Shown: positions 37,562 to 50,962 of the stretch, one piece after another
Layout: each line of letters starts with the position of its first letter
Position numbering within the stretch: the first letter of the stretch is position 1
NCBI RefSeq assembly: GCF_006345805.1
Contig: NC_043007.1
Coordinates: forward strand, 620,001-684,000
Length of the DNA stretch: 64,000 bases
Source of the DNA: Octopus sinensis
Taxonomy: Eukaryota
Direction of reading: 5' to 3'
The notes under the pieces: generated by a model
Seen by the model: only the letters and a program-made list of their open reading frames with translations
What the model was told of the DNA's origin: nothing
Databases searched by the model: none
Made by a program: the position numbers and the translations under genes

Positions 37562-40300
37562 GAGAGGTATTAAGGCTAAACAAAAGAGGAGTGGTGATAG
37601 TGAGTCACCCTGGAAAATGCCACATGAAATTCTTACATCTCCAGCATTTAGAGATTCATTGTCACTGTTCAAATTCAGTGTGGTTCTCCATATTCTCATA
37701 CTTACAGACAAAAAGTTTCGCAGAGTAGGAGCTATTTTATACATTTCCAAACATTTCTTAATCGAGCTATGTGGTAGGTTATCAAATTTTTTTATAGTCT
37801 ATCCAGGCTATTGACAAGTTTTTGTGTCGTTTGTGACAATCTTCTAAGATAATCTTATTGATGAGTAGCTGATCTTCACAACCATAAGATCCACGTTTAC
37901 AGCCTTTTTGCTCATTAGGGAATATGCTACTTTCTATTAAAATAACTATAGGTATATTCAATCAGGACAGATGTTAGCGTTTTATACATTGTTGTTAAGC
38001 AGGTTATGGGTCTATAATTTTTTGGTTCATTTGTTTCTTCACATTTTGGAAGCAGGAATGTTAACCCATTAACTAGCCAAGGAGGCATCCTACTAGGGTG
38101 TTGCAAAACATCGTTGTAAAGTTCTGTTAGCAGTTCATGGCGCTCTGAGAAAGCATTCAAGCAGAAGTTAGGAATTTTATCCTTTTCTGGAGACTTCCAT
38201 TTGCTTGAACTCCTGAGAGCAGATCATATATATTTACCTTGATACCCTCCCACTTTTGCTCCTCTAAGGAGTCTAAGTCTGTAGATATTCTATCAATCCA
38301 AAGGGCCTTTTCATTGTGTGTTTTTTCTTCTGCCCAAATTTTATTCCAAAATTCCTGCACTTCTTCGTTTGGTAGGACAGACTTTACTGTAACTGGTGTT
38401 TTCCCTATCTTCCTGTAAACATTTTTGGGGTTATTTTTGAACATGTTGTTTTCCCTGAAGAATCTAACGTGCTTTTCATACCTTGCTATGCAGGAAGCTT
38501 AGCACAAACCTTTTGCTTGATGGTTTCTATGATGGGATCGATGTCAAGTATGATTTTCATATATTTTTTCTTTAATTTTCATGTTTTTGTAGGTTTGATA
38601 GTCTTGTTAAACTTAAGATTTTTCAAACATTCTATGTCAGACCTAAGTAGCTTAATTTGGTGTTGAATACGCTCTTGCCAAGAAGGCTTTTTGAAGGAAT
38701 GCTGTCGTTTTCTAATCTTTTCACCACATAGAATTTTTGCGGATGCATAGTACAGGTGGTTGAGATCTGTAATATCAACATCATTAGCTGAAATGATTTA
38801 CTTAAGTTCAAGGCGGATTTTACCAATTATTTTCTGGTTTTGGTTAGAATTGCGAATTTTGGGGTGGGTGTCGCGTTCATTCATACTGGTTTCTTTAATT
38901 TTCAGCCATTCAATCATGTTTTGATTTTTTAGATCATGTACTTCTATTGGGTCAATTTCTGTGTGTGACTTCATCTAATTGACTTTCATCTGTTTATGGT
39001 TCGTTCAGAGAGTATTTCACTTTGCGTTTTAGTTACATTAACTCTTTCAATCATTACAACGTTTTCATCAACCCTGGGCTGGTCTATAATTATTTCTTCT
39101 ATAGTAACTTCTTTAGCTGCAGCTTCGTTCTTTTTATCCCTTACTGCTTGTTTAATTTGGTCAATCTCTACTTCAGTTAGTAATTTTTTTTCATAATGTT
39201 TCTTCTGACGTTGGCAAGTTTGTTACTGTTCGTGTAGGGTCTTACTACAAGGTGATTCTGTCTCCAGTTTAAGTAGATTTGTACAGTATTAGATTTATTT
39301 GTGGGGAAATATATGGCATGGTAGAAGGCCGTAAGAACTTCTTTATCTTCCCTAGACCATTTTTCATTCTTTTTATTTTGGCTCTTTGATGACGAGCATG
39401 GATGGCCATATGTTAGAATATTCCGGTTGTGGGGTACTTCCAGCTCTTGTGTATCGGGAAGATTTGAACCAGTAGCTGATTTTTCGATTCTAATCTGGTT
39501 CAACATTCAGGTATGTGGTCTTTTGTAATCCGGTCGATGACCATTCCAGTTTGCATTTTGCTTTGTTAAATTAATATTGAAGCGTTGACCTTAGGGGACG
39601 GATCTGTCTGTTTAGGGTTATTTTTTTGAAACAACACCGTCTCCGAGTTCTCTGTATGTAAATATTGCTTGTACCGTAGTTTCTTAAGACTAACAAATCT
39701 GTATTCGTCTGTATTTTTTCTTAAGACTAACGGATCTATATCGAGTATGTGGCCCTTTGTGATCGGTCGACGACTAATCTGGTTTGGAATTTAGTTTGTT
39801 ATCACTGAGGCATGACGAGCTTCGACGTTGACATTAGGGGACGGATTTGTCTGTCTAGGGTCAATCTTTTGAAACAACACCGTCACCGAGTTCTCTTCAT
39901 GTAAACATTGCTCGTACCGTAGTTTCTTAAGACTAACAGATCTGTATTCGTCTGTATTTTTTTGTTCATAGGTTTATCTCCGAGCATAGGTTTTTGTGGT
40001 GTTTTTAAACTTATGAATGGTTCACTCTGTCTGTGTTAGTTCGAAAAAGAAAAAAAGAAAAAAATTTGTTTTTGGTTTTTGTGTCGTTTGTGACACGTGT
40101 TTTCATATGAGTGAATGTGTGACCTGTAACTTTCACGTAGTTGTGTAAACATTGAGATGTATGTGTAGTCAGTCCTATGGGTATCAAAATGTATATATGA
40201 TTGTGTAGACATTCGGGTGTATGCTTAATTAATCAATTTATGTACTTACAGTTTTGTTCCATTTCTATTTTATAATTTGTAAACTTTCCAGTGTTGACTT
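37562..40300 (-). mobile_element. R4/Dong-like non-LTR retrotransposon, 5' part through RT domain 4, 3'-deleted
   Basis: Fragments KWSRED.., [70 protein letters not shown] and GIFQGDSLSPLLFCLALIPL are typical of R4-clade RT. The 5' boundary is inferred from the (TAA)n array at about 40310. Confidence 0.85.
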
Positions 40301-40311
40301 CGTGTGTCTTA

Positions 40312-40348
<37 letters not shown>

Positions 40349-40554
40349 CATCATCATCATCATCATCATCATCATTATTACTATTATTGAATCCGAGACA
40401 TTTTAAGTATGAGTCTAGTGAGAGTGACTTCTTCACGAAATCCAATATACTTTGCTGAGTCGGTTTGATTTGATTTGCGAAGCTTTTAACAGGCAGCAAA
40501 AAGTAAAAGAGGTCTGTTTACCTGAGTGTTCAACCACTATTTCGTCATTATGAA

Positions 40555-40601
40555 TTACTACTACTATTACTGATGTGGCTACTGCTGCTGCTGGTACTAC
40601 A

Positions 40602-40648
<47 letters not shown>

Positions 40649-40757
40649 ACTACTACTACTACTACTATCATCATTATCGCCATCACCACCACTGCTACTG
40701 CTGTTGCTGCAGCTGGTGCTACTATTACTAGCACCATCACCACCACCATCACAACTG

Positions 40758-40788
<31 letters not shown>

Positions 40789-41000
40789 CACCACCACCAC
40801 AAAAACTGCTGCTACTACTACTACTACCACCACTTTTACCACCAGCACCACCATTACCACAACCTGCTGTTACTTGTGCTCCTACCACCATCAGTCACAC
40901 CACAGCATCAGCTACTACTACTACTACTACTACATCTACAACTACTACTATGGCTGCTGCTGCAACCACGAATACTACAACCGTAACAATCACTATTATT
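40555..41000. repeat. Compound trinucleotide array (CTA/CTG/CAC/CAT)
   Basis: Visible; explains the poly-T/L/S/G/V ORFs on both strands. Confidence 0.9.
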
Positions 41001-42268
41001 TAGATGTATTTACTCGTTCCACTGTCTAAAAAATGCCTCCTGGTATTGCGACCCTTTACGTTCAGAGTTCGAATCCTGGCGAGGAGAACTGAGTGCCCTT
41101 CATCCTTTCAGAGACGATAACATAAAGTAGTCGATGATATCAAGGATATCGACCTACACCCTCCTTTCAAAATTACTGACCTGTATATTTATTCTTTAAA
41201 CGCTCCCGCAGATTCGAACGTGATTATGCAAATCGCTGTTCATTAGCTTGTAGCCGTTTCTGTTATATGCAGCTTTGCACTCGCAAATGAGTCCGCGTTT
41301 GATACAATTTTCATTGAAATGGCTTCGAAGGAGTTACACGATGTAGGACGAGCTGTCAATCGGCTGAGATTATAAACAAAACCTTCGGCTCTTGCTAGAC
41401 TCACTGGTCCGGAGGTGCTTCTGGCAGACGAGGCAAAATATATCGAACACAACAGCGATTAGCATATTCTCGTCCGAATCTGCCTGAATGTATTAACAAT
41501 AGATATGCATGTCATCTTTTTGAATCTTACGATACATTGTGCATATAACGATTGATGTGTGTGCATGTGTGTGCGTGCATGCGTCTGTAGTTGTGTGTGT
41601 GAGTGTGTTGTGTTGTGTGTGTGCGTGTGCATGCTCTTGTAGGCGTATGTGTGAGTATGTGTGTATTGTGTGTGCATGCGTATGTAGGCGTGTGTGTGAG
41701 TATGTATGTGTTGTGTGCGTATGTGTGTGTTGTGTGTGTGCATGCGTGTAAGGTGTGTGTGTGAGTATGTGTGTTATGTTGTGTGTGTGCATGTGTGTGT
41801 ATGTGTGTGTTGTGTGAGTATGTGTGATATACCTGTGTGTGTGTCTTTATATTCATAATGGTTTTGATTAGAAGAGAATGTAGACAGCTTGCTGCATAGA
41901 GTATGTTGAACGTCATAAGGATACAAATGTATGTAGCTGTATCACCACTACCCTTTATTGACCCCCGTTATTTCCTTCTGCCACTCTAAATTATTATAGG
42001 CTTTAGGTATTCTTTCCCTAAATTCATTTAGCTACAAAAATAGCAAAAGGAAGCAATGTCTTTTAGTCTTTAGTACTGATAAAAAAAAATTGCTAAAAAA
42101 TTATAATGGAGTATCCTATATATTGCAAATCTATTTGGTCGTACGCATCCGAGGAGAGCGATTTATTTCAAATTGATGTAATGTTTGCATAAATGGAGCC
42201 GCTTGAAACAGCCGTAATGCACTGATACCTGGACATCCTTGTTACTTATTACTTTATATAATATATAT

Positions 42269-42303
<35 letters not shown>

Positions 42304-42306
<3 letters not shown>

Positions 42307-42429
42307 AAAGTAATATGTGATAATTATTCGGTAGCCAGATAAAACTTCGATTTTCGGATGCCGAGGTGGAAATCCACGCCACCATCTCTTCAGTTATCCG
42401 GCCATCGGAAAAACGCTATGAAAAATGAC
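42304..42429 (-). mobile_element. Hammerhead-like repeat, family E4, copy 1
   Basis: Reverse complement reads GGATAA-CTGAAGA-GATGGTGGCGTGG-ATTT-CCACCTCGGCATC-C-GAAA-ATCGAAGTT-TTATCT. Confidence 0.6.
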
Positions 42430-43117
42430 CGTTATACAAAGGGAAATTACTGTGTTATTGACCGCTATTAAGACAAAAGAGCTATTTGAATGACTGCTGA
42501 GTAAGGTAAGGGGATAATAAGTTCATAGTATTCGCGTATAGTATATATATATATATCCTCATATTGCCGCTTCTCCTGCAACTACAATCAACTCTGCACC
42601 GCTTAAATTACTCATTGGGTATTACCTCAATAACCATTTATTTGTTTCGCATGGCTACCTCCTTCCGCCACAATTAGTGTGTCTCATTGCCTCGATTCCA
42701 TGCTAAATACTACACTGAATATTTAACAATATCGCTCTTTCATTTATTTAGTTTATCAAGTTGGTATTGTCTTCCAATATTTTCAAACATTACATACTAG
42801 TCTTCGTGAACTTCACTTTCCTTCTGAACCAAATACATTTTATCAAATATCCAGTAGAATTTCTTCGCTATAGAATTTCAGAATCACACGTTAAGTTTGC
42901 TGGTCTATTTCGTTACATTGCCGACTTTCTGGTTTTGCCTTGGCCAACGTACATTTTAATGGAATCGCTAAAATGTTTGACAATACGAAATTTAAATCAG
43001 CTTCGACATTTATCTCTAGGAAGATATCGGAATAAACTCAATCCACTTATCTTCTTAATGCTTACGAAAGAAAACAAAATATAAATGGGATTTGCACGTA
43101 GGTTATGACAGAAGATA

Positions 43118-43194
<77 letters not shown>

Positions 43195-43214
43195 TATAGA
43201 TGGATTGATAATTC

Positions 43215-43247
<33 letters not shown>

Positions 43248-43301
43248 TAGAGGGAGAGAGAGATGTATATACGTTTACCTATCACTCTATGTATTTATAT
43301 A

Positions 43302-43365
<64 letters not shown>

Positions 43366-43959
43366 TATATAAAAGATACTAATATTGCTATTATTATCGA
43401 AGGCAATATAAATAGTTGATGATAACAGAAAAATTAATACAGGTAGTTGAAGGCCTAAAAAATAACATTATATAGTTAAAGATTTAAAATTATATTAACC
43501 ATAAGGACGCATTAAAATGCCTACCCGCTAGGAATAAGAGTCAAAACCCTTATTTGGTCCACATCTATACCTGTATCATTAAATATATGGCTTTATACTA
43601 TATTAGTATATGAGAGATTTTTTTCGATCTGCTAGTATAGTGCTGAGTCTTGTTTCCAATGTTAATTTTTTAGTGGTGCAAATAAAGGAGTTGACTCTTA
43701 TTTCTAGCGGGTTTGACACTTTAATGTGCCCTTATGATTAATTGTACTCACCTTATTGTAGGTATGTATCTAAATTTTGTACGACTCTTACTTTATCTTT
43801 TCGTCCCCTTCATACTTTCTTCCTCTTTTCTTTTTCTCACTCCCCCTCTCTCTCTCTCTCACACACACACATTTCTTGGCCCTCTTTTTCTTTAACTCCC
43901 ACTATTTCCCCCTCGTTTATCTCCCCTGTATCTTTCCCTTTGTCTGATTTTTTCAAGTC

Positions 43960-44420
43960 CTTCAATCAGGCTGTCCCCTACCCCTCTCTCCTCCTTCCAC
44001 GTGACCGATTTCCGGCCAGCCATGATCTTTGTTTCTTGGCCTGACTGCCGACCGCCAACACCTATGTCCATCTACTATGTCCCTGCCTTTAGGCTTTCAC
44101 TTCATACACACAGGCTCAATTGGATTCGTTTTCAGTCGAAAGACACCTGTTGTTAATTTCTTGTGTTTGTATTTGTAATTGTGTACCATATTCTCCGTTT
44201 TTTGTCTTTATTGCCTTACACATTCGCTAGCTTTCTTACAAAAAGGTCTAATGCTCTTAGCTTAGACTTTTTGTGGGCAACCAGACCGAACTGTCTCAAG
44301 TGTAACTGCCCAAAACTGTTATGACTTCTGGTAACTTGACTGAGGAAAGAAGGCCACGAATGACCCATCTTTTGTTTTTTTATTTTGCCTGTCCTCCTAA
44401 TTGTTGTTTCTCCCGTCCGC
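43960..44420 (+). mobile_element. Possible Penelope-like 3' remnant
   Basis: Weak resemblance of TTTCACTTCATACACACAGGCTCAATTGG to the PLE C-terminal LHTL.P.GLN motif, with an orphan CTGAGGA at 44340. Confidence 0.3.
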
Positions 44421-44481
44421 CTTTGTATCGTCTATCTGTCCGAATGTTCTATTGTCTTCTGTTGCATTTTTGTTCCATTTT

Positions 44482-44535
<54 letters not shown>

Positions 44536-44537
<2 letters not shown>

Positions 44538-44903
44538 TAGGAGCCTCCTCGTTCGATTTGTTTTGCTGCGCCTCTGTTCTGTTTTTGTTCTGCCAACGGA
44601 ATTCCTATTTCTTCCTGAAGAGAAAGACACAATATGGTCTCCTTATTCAATCGGAATTGGTAAATTGTGGCTTTCGAAACACGTGTAGAATGCAATAAAA
44701 GGATTTCTGTTCAATCTTCGTTCAACTCCATTTCTTCAATTCACTAATAATATTAAAATTCAATTATCCGCACCAACGCACGGTTGCAACACCATATGGT
44801 TGTACCTCCAACCGTGCTTTCTTCTGCTGTGATTTTTGCTACCAAGGTATCGGTTAAACTTTTGATTAATCTGCAAAAGATTATTCATCTTTCTATTTCA
44901 CCA

Positions 44904-44906
<3 letters not shown>
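44536..44906 (+). mobile_element. 371-bp hammerhead-containing insert between two (TA)n arrays
   Basis: TA arrays end at 44535 and restart at 44907; the insert contains the hammerhead below. Confidence 0.55.
44612..44690 (+). ncRNA. Minimal type-I hammerhead ribozyme, intact core
   Basis: Stem I TTC/GAA; CTGAAGA 44615-21; stem II GAAAG/CTTTC plus CACAAT/ATTGTG; GAAA 44676-79; stem III AC/GT with palindromic ACGT loop; GUA triplet (predicted cut after 44687); AATAAA at 44694. Confidence 0.82.
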
Positions 44907-44949
<43 letters not shown>

Positions 44950-44972
44950 GCATATATCTGACATATATATAT

Positions 44973-45099
44973 GACATTTTTCGTAGCATTTTTCCGATGG
45001 CCGGATAACTGAAAAGATGGCGGCGTGGATTTCCACCTCGGCATCCAAAACTCGGAGTTTTATAATGGCTACCAAATAATTGTCACATATTACATTTAC
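44973..45099 (+). mobile_element. Hammerhead-like repeat, family E4, copy 2 (core mutated), inverted relative to copy 1
   Basis: Alignable over ~125 bp to the reverse complement of 42304-42429; the core reads CTGAAAA...CAAAA. Confidence 0.7.
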
Positions 45100-46356
45100 A
45101 GACAGATACATTCCTCTGTTTACATAATATCGACGTCTCTTTCTTTCTTTTGTTGTCTTACCATTTTTATCAATATATATATATATATCAAGAAGTTGGC
45201 AATTCAATTGATCTAAACCCTCAACTCGTATCGGCGAAACCGACGGATATCCATCTGTTTTCCCTCCTTTTCATGGGTATTCCATTTGCGAACTGAATTC
45301 TATTTCACAAAGCAACTTTATTTTCTGCTTTTCTTGTTGCTGTTGTAACTCTCATCATTATAACTGTTTTTGTTGTTGTTGTTGCTGCTGCCGCAAGGAA
45401 TGTTTTCTTTGGGTTATTATTAGTTTTTTTTTTTTTTTTAAGTAACAGCGAAAATTACTTAATTAATTGTAGCTTTCTTTAAAAGTATTAATTGTGGCTT
45501 TTCCATTAAGTGACAACGTTATTACTAATTACTAATAATATTAGTAACATTTATCGAATTAACTCATGATGAACAATGGAGGAACATGGACACACACAAA
45601 CCAATGAGGGAGCTTCTACGTGGTCGATGAATCGATCGATCGATCGATCTCGAAAAAGGGATGTATAGCATTACTAATGAGAACTTTAAATACGGCTAAT
45701 TAATGGGTTTTCCGATGGAAGAAAAATTCGAAATACTCAATTACATGAACATAAAAGTGAACGCGACATTGTTACAGAAGGCGAACATGAGAGAAAACTA
45801 TGCCAAGAATTAAACTACGAACTTCTGACATTGTTCGGTCAGTCATTCTTTCGCGATTACAGCTTCTGCGTGGAGCAGGTTTCGCAGGAGATGTCAATAT
45901 ATTTCTCAGCGTGTTTGTTCTTCTAAAGCTGCAATGATTTCCACGCGGATAATTGTATATATATATATATATATTATATATATATATATATTATATATAT
46001 ATATATATATGTATGATGTATAATATATATAATGGCGGTGCCCCAGCATGGCCACAGCTCATAAGCTGAAACTAGAATCAATCAATCAATCATATATATA
46101 TATATATATATCTGTCAAAAACTATACAGTCTGATGCAAGTATATAAGAACTATGAGAGCTACTTTTACCAAAATTGTTCACACCTGAGGTTTATCGTGT
46201 TATAACTTTCGTATTATTCAAATATTTAATTTCAAATAATTTACATATAATTAATAGTACTATCACATTTATTCATGTCTTTATTTTTTTTAATTAATAG
46301 TATTCAGCAGCAGCAGCGATATCAACAACTGAAGAGCAGATGTACATATATATATG

Positions 46357-46395
<39 letters not shown>

Positions 46396-46397
46396 TA

Positions 46398-46440
<43 letters not shown>

Positions 46441-46695
46441 TGTGTGTGTGTGTGTGTGTAAATATACATATATAACAAACGAAGGAAAAGACGATTCCTT
46501 CAAAGGGGTGTAAAACGTCATCCAATTCACTGGTGCGGCTGTTGTATACCATTATTATACACAATAATAAACACATGTGTGTTTGTGTTTGTAAGTGTGT
46601 ATATACCCATACATATAGATATATAAGATGTATGTATACATATATGTGTGTGTTTGAATGCGTGCATGTGTATATAAATACAAGATGTACGTATG

Positions 46696-46760
<65 letters not shown>

Positions 46761-46767
46761 TGATAGG

Positions 46768-46822
<55 letters not shown>

Positions 46823-47320
46823 ATAGATAGATCAGATCATATATATATAGAAGTAGATAGATATAGATATATCCCGCATTTTCAGTTAAAATAAAGTATA
46901 TAATTGTACGACATATACACGAGTAAATACAGTATATATAATGGATACAATAACGTATCCGTATGTGTGTGTATACGTGTATTCATATATTTGTGTGTAT
47001 GTATATGTATGTATATGTATATATGTGTATATATGTGTGTGTGTGTATGTATGTATATGTGTGTATATATGTATATGTATATGTGTATATATACTTTTGG
47101 CGCCTGAAGTACGATCAGTACATAAATCGATCGAGTCGTAATGAAAGTGAAATTACAAACGAAGCGGTTAGTAATGGAATCTGGTCAATGCTTACTGAAC
47201 TCCTAACTATTCAAAAATAACTCTGTTCGTACCAAGACCAGATTGCACACACAACACACAAAACTATGGACGTACATTAGTAACACATCACTACTCTACT
47301 ACAATAATCTATTATAATAA

Positions 47321-47351
<31 letters not shown>

Positions 47352-47779
47352 GATCTATCTCTTTCTTATCTCTGTTTATCTATATGTCTATATCTATCTT
47401 TCTTTCGTTTATTTCATTTAGAATAGCAGAAAACTTCTTTTTTTTAAAAAAAAGTAACAACATCGATTTCTTTTTCCTAAGACCATAACACTTTTCTGTT
47501 GCCAACCACTCTAGAAAACATTCTGCAAGTGGACAAATGAGAGAGCCTAACGCAACCTGGTTTTAAGATCTGCTAGAAATAGGAACCAAATCCCTAATTA
47601 TATCATTACTTACGAAAATAAACAGCCACGAGAGATAACAATGTCCAAGTTATACCTGTCAATATATTTAGATTTTAGTATCTATCTATTTATCTACCAA
47701 TATTTCTATCTATAGATATCTATCAGTCTATCTATCTGCATCTATCTATCTATCCATCCATCCATCTCTCTCTCTCCCA

Positions 47780-47841
<62 letters not shown>

Positions 47842-48049
47842 TTCTCTAATACATACATGTGTAACATAAGTATTAGAAAAATAAGGTACTCCGAAATCTG
47901 GCTGGTTGTACATTTACAGCTATGTACAACAATCCAGATTTCGGAGTACATTATTTTTTCTAATATATAATACCTATACATCACCTCAAAACCTTCTAAT
48001 ATACACCTATATATATCGATATATATACATATATATACATATATATCCT

Positions 48050-48360
48050 ATTTTACTCTCATTTGTTTCAGTCATTTGACTGCGGCCATGCCGAAGCACC
48101 GCCTTTATCGATCTCTTCTGCCGAACCGCTGAGTTACGGGGACGCAAACATACCAGCATCGGCTGTCAAGCGATGGAGGGGGATAAACACACACACATAA
48201 ACATATATATATATACGATGTTTCCGTCTACCAAATCCACTCTCAAGGCTTTGGTCGGCCCGAGGCTATAGGAGAAGACACACGCCCAAGGTATCACGCA
48301 GTGGAACCGAACGCAGAACCATATGGTTGGTAAGGAAGCTACTTACCACCCAGTCACTCC

Positions 48361-48365
<5 letters not shown>
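48050..48365 (-). mobile_element. SINE family A with internal deletion
   Basis: Reverse complement of head, CORE-like block and tail (TTTCAGTCATTTGACTGCGGCCATG). Confidence 0.9.
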
Positions 48366-48450
<85 letters not shown>

Positions 48451-48451
48451 T

Positions 48452-48720
48452 AAAGACAGACGAAATACCGTTAAGCATTTCGCCCGTCTTCTGCCAGCTC
48501 GCCTCCTTTTTGAGAATGCATATAATAATTCCTTCTACTCTACCGACAAGGCCTGAAATTTTGCGGTAGGGGGGCAGTCGATTATATCGACACCAGTACG
48601 CAGTTGGTACTCTAAATGATGAAAAGCAAAGCTGACCTCGTTGCTGTCTGAACTTAGAACATAAAGACTCAGAATAACGTGATTTGCTCGACGCACAATG
48701 GACTCCAGTCAATCCGCCAC
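48452..48720 (-). mobile_element. SINE family D fragments (head 48452-48507; degenerate copy 48545-48720)
   Basis: GACGAAATACCGTTAAGCATTTCGCCCG..TCTGCCAGCTCGCC and GTCGATTATATCGACACCAGTAC. Confidence 0.7.
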
Positions 48721-49695
48721 CCTACATAGTCTATCTAACATTACGATGAAACGAACAATAATGGCGCTAAGTTACAAGAGAAATAAATTAATATACATAA
48801 TAAAAAGATCAATAAGCTCTGTCATTTGTATATGACGGGGAAATCGAAGTCTCGGTGACCGGTTTTCTTAAATCAATCGTGTATCTGTGCTTAATGAAAC
48901 GTCGCCATAAACACACGATATTAACAGTCATGGCGGATTCCCGTATCTGCTTTTGTTACCTTACAAGGATATCGACCATAGGTAGGGGTCGTGACAAGCT
49001 ACTTGGTAGAATAGGCTTTCACACATTTTCTAGTTCCTTCGAAGCTTCTCGGCCATTCTTTCTTCCACCAGACTGCCACCCACCCTTCGCATATCCACCT
49101 ATTTATTACGGTAGGTAAACGTAAATTCAAACCTGTCATTTGTATCATTGCGCTCAACACAAAAGTTACTGACCGAAAAATCTTTTACGACATCTTCAAT
49201 AACTGGTCAAGAATTTAATATCACAAGAAAATTCTAGTCTTTTAAGGTTTATTAGATTTAGTGGCATTTAAGGTATTGGATCACAAGATTCTTGAAGAGA
49301 TAGCCACGCTATAAAGGACATTAAAATATGCAACGATATATCTGTATCATTATGGGCGATATAGAATGTAATGTGAACAGCTCTGGTTGAATAAAATATT
49401 CATTTTCTAAGATTGAAGCTCGATAATTTGTGAATACATTTACTCGTTTCTCTGTTTATTTTATTATTTTTATAGCAATCGTTTATTCGTTTAGTTGTTC
49501 CAGTCGTAAGATGGCGACCATGCTAGGACAGCGGCTTTGAAGAGCTCTACAAATATATGTGTGGGTGTGTGTGAGTGTGTTCGCGCCCGCATTTGTTTAT
49601 GTATGTATGTGTGTGTGTAGTGTGTGTATGTATGTATGTGTGTGTGCCTCTCTTAGTTTCTCTATCTCTCACTCTCTCCCTCTCTCTCTTATATA

Positions 49696-49731
<36 letters not shown>

Positions 49732-50070
49732 TGCATGTATGTATGTATGTATGCATATATGTATGTATGTGTGTGTATAGGTGTGTGTACACACACACAT
49801 ATATACGTATGCACAGACTGTTAAAGGCTAGCAGGCTGAAATTCGAAGTCACAATCAACCAGTCTTCTAGTAAAAGTTTAATTAACACAAACCCTACGAA
49901 AGAAAAGTAATGAGAAATAATTCAGTTGCGTATTGAATCGTTTTCATCCATCACTTGGCACAAAAACAAACACACACACACACACACACAACACACACAC
50001 ACAACACACACACACACACACACGCACACACTTTCATAGTTACATACATCTGTTTGCTTTTATGTCAAAT

Positions 50071-50390
50071 GTGGAGGCGCAATGGCCCAGTGGTGGTTAC
50101 GGCAGCGGACTCGCGGTCATAGGATCGCGGTTTCGATTCCAAGACCGGGCGTTGTGAGTGTTTAACGAGAGAAAACACCTGAAGCTCCATGAGGATCCGG
50201 CAGTGGGTGGTGACGAACCCTGTTCTACTCTTTCACCACGACTTCCTTGCACTCTTTCCTGCTGCCTCTTGCAGCTCACCTGCGACGGACCGGCGTCCCC
50301 TCCAGGTGGGGATCCTATATGCCAAGGAAACCGGGAAACCGGTTCTAATGAGCCAGGCGTGGCTCGAGAAGGAACAAACAACAACAACAA
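50071..50390 (+). mobile_element. SINE with family-B head and a different tail ending (CAA)n
   Basis: A-box TGGCCCAGTGG and B-box-like GGTTTCGATTCC. It diverges from family B after ACTCTTTC into CTCACCTGCGACGGACCGGCGTCCC...GGAACAAACAACAACAAC. Confidence 0.9.
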
Positions 50391-50703
50391 TTGTTACGGA
50401 ATAAGTCGTAGATGAAGCTCAAAAAACACACGTAAATGATTTTTCAGCTATTGGTATAAAATAGACTTAAGAGTTAAGTGAGACGCAAATGTGTCAAAGT
50501 CATCGCCAAGTGAAATATATACCGAAATGCTTTTTTTGGTGTTAGAACAAAAAAAATGGTAGAGTGAGAGAAAAGAGTAAGACCGAGGATGAGAAAGCAG
50601 GAGAAAGGATAGGTTATGGAAGACATTTATGCGCATATATTACATATGTGTGAGTAAATATATATAGATATATATATAATATATCTATATATATATATAT
50701 AGA

Positions 50704-50734
<31 letters not shown>

Positions 50735-50872
50735 ATCATTAGTATGTGTATATATATATATATAGATATATATATATATATTTATATGTATATATATATA
50801 TATAAGCATATACATATGCATACATACATATGTATATATACACACATAGATATATAGATTAGACAGACATAC

Positions 50873-50962
<90 letters not shown>

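Noticed and set aside
40433-41003. Gly/Ser/Val- and Thr/Leu/Pro-rich ORFs
   Set aside because: Explained by stop-free trinucleotide arrays on both strands.
44340-44375. CTGAGGA hammerhead candidate (also CTGATGA at 11885)
   Set aside because: No GAAA following a stem here; the 11885 hit lies in the Tc1 leader with no stem II.
50071-50150. tRNA gene (also heads at 21571, 55835, 58689)
   Set aside because: A/B-box-like motifs are present, but there is no complete cloverleaf and the sequence continues into a multi-copy SINE body.
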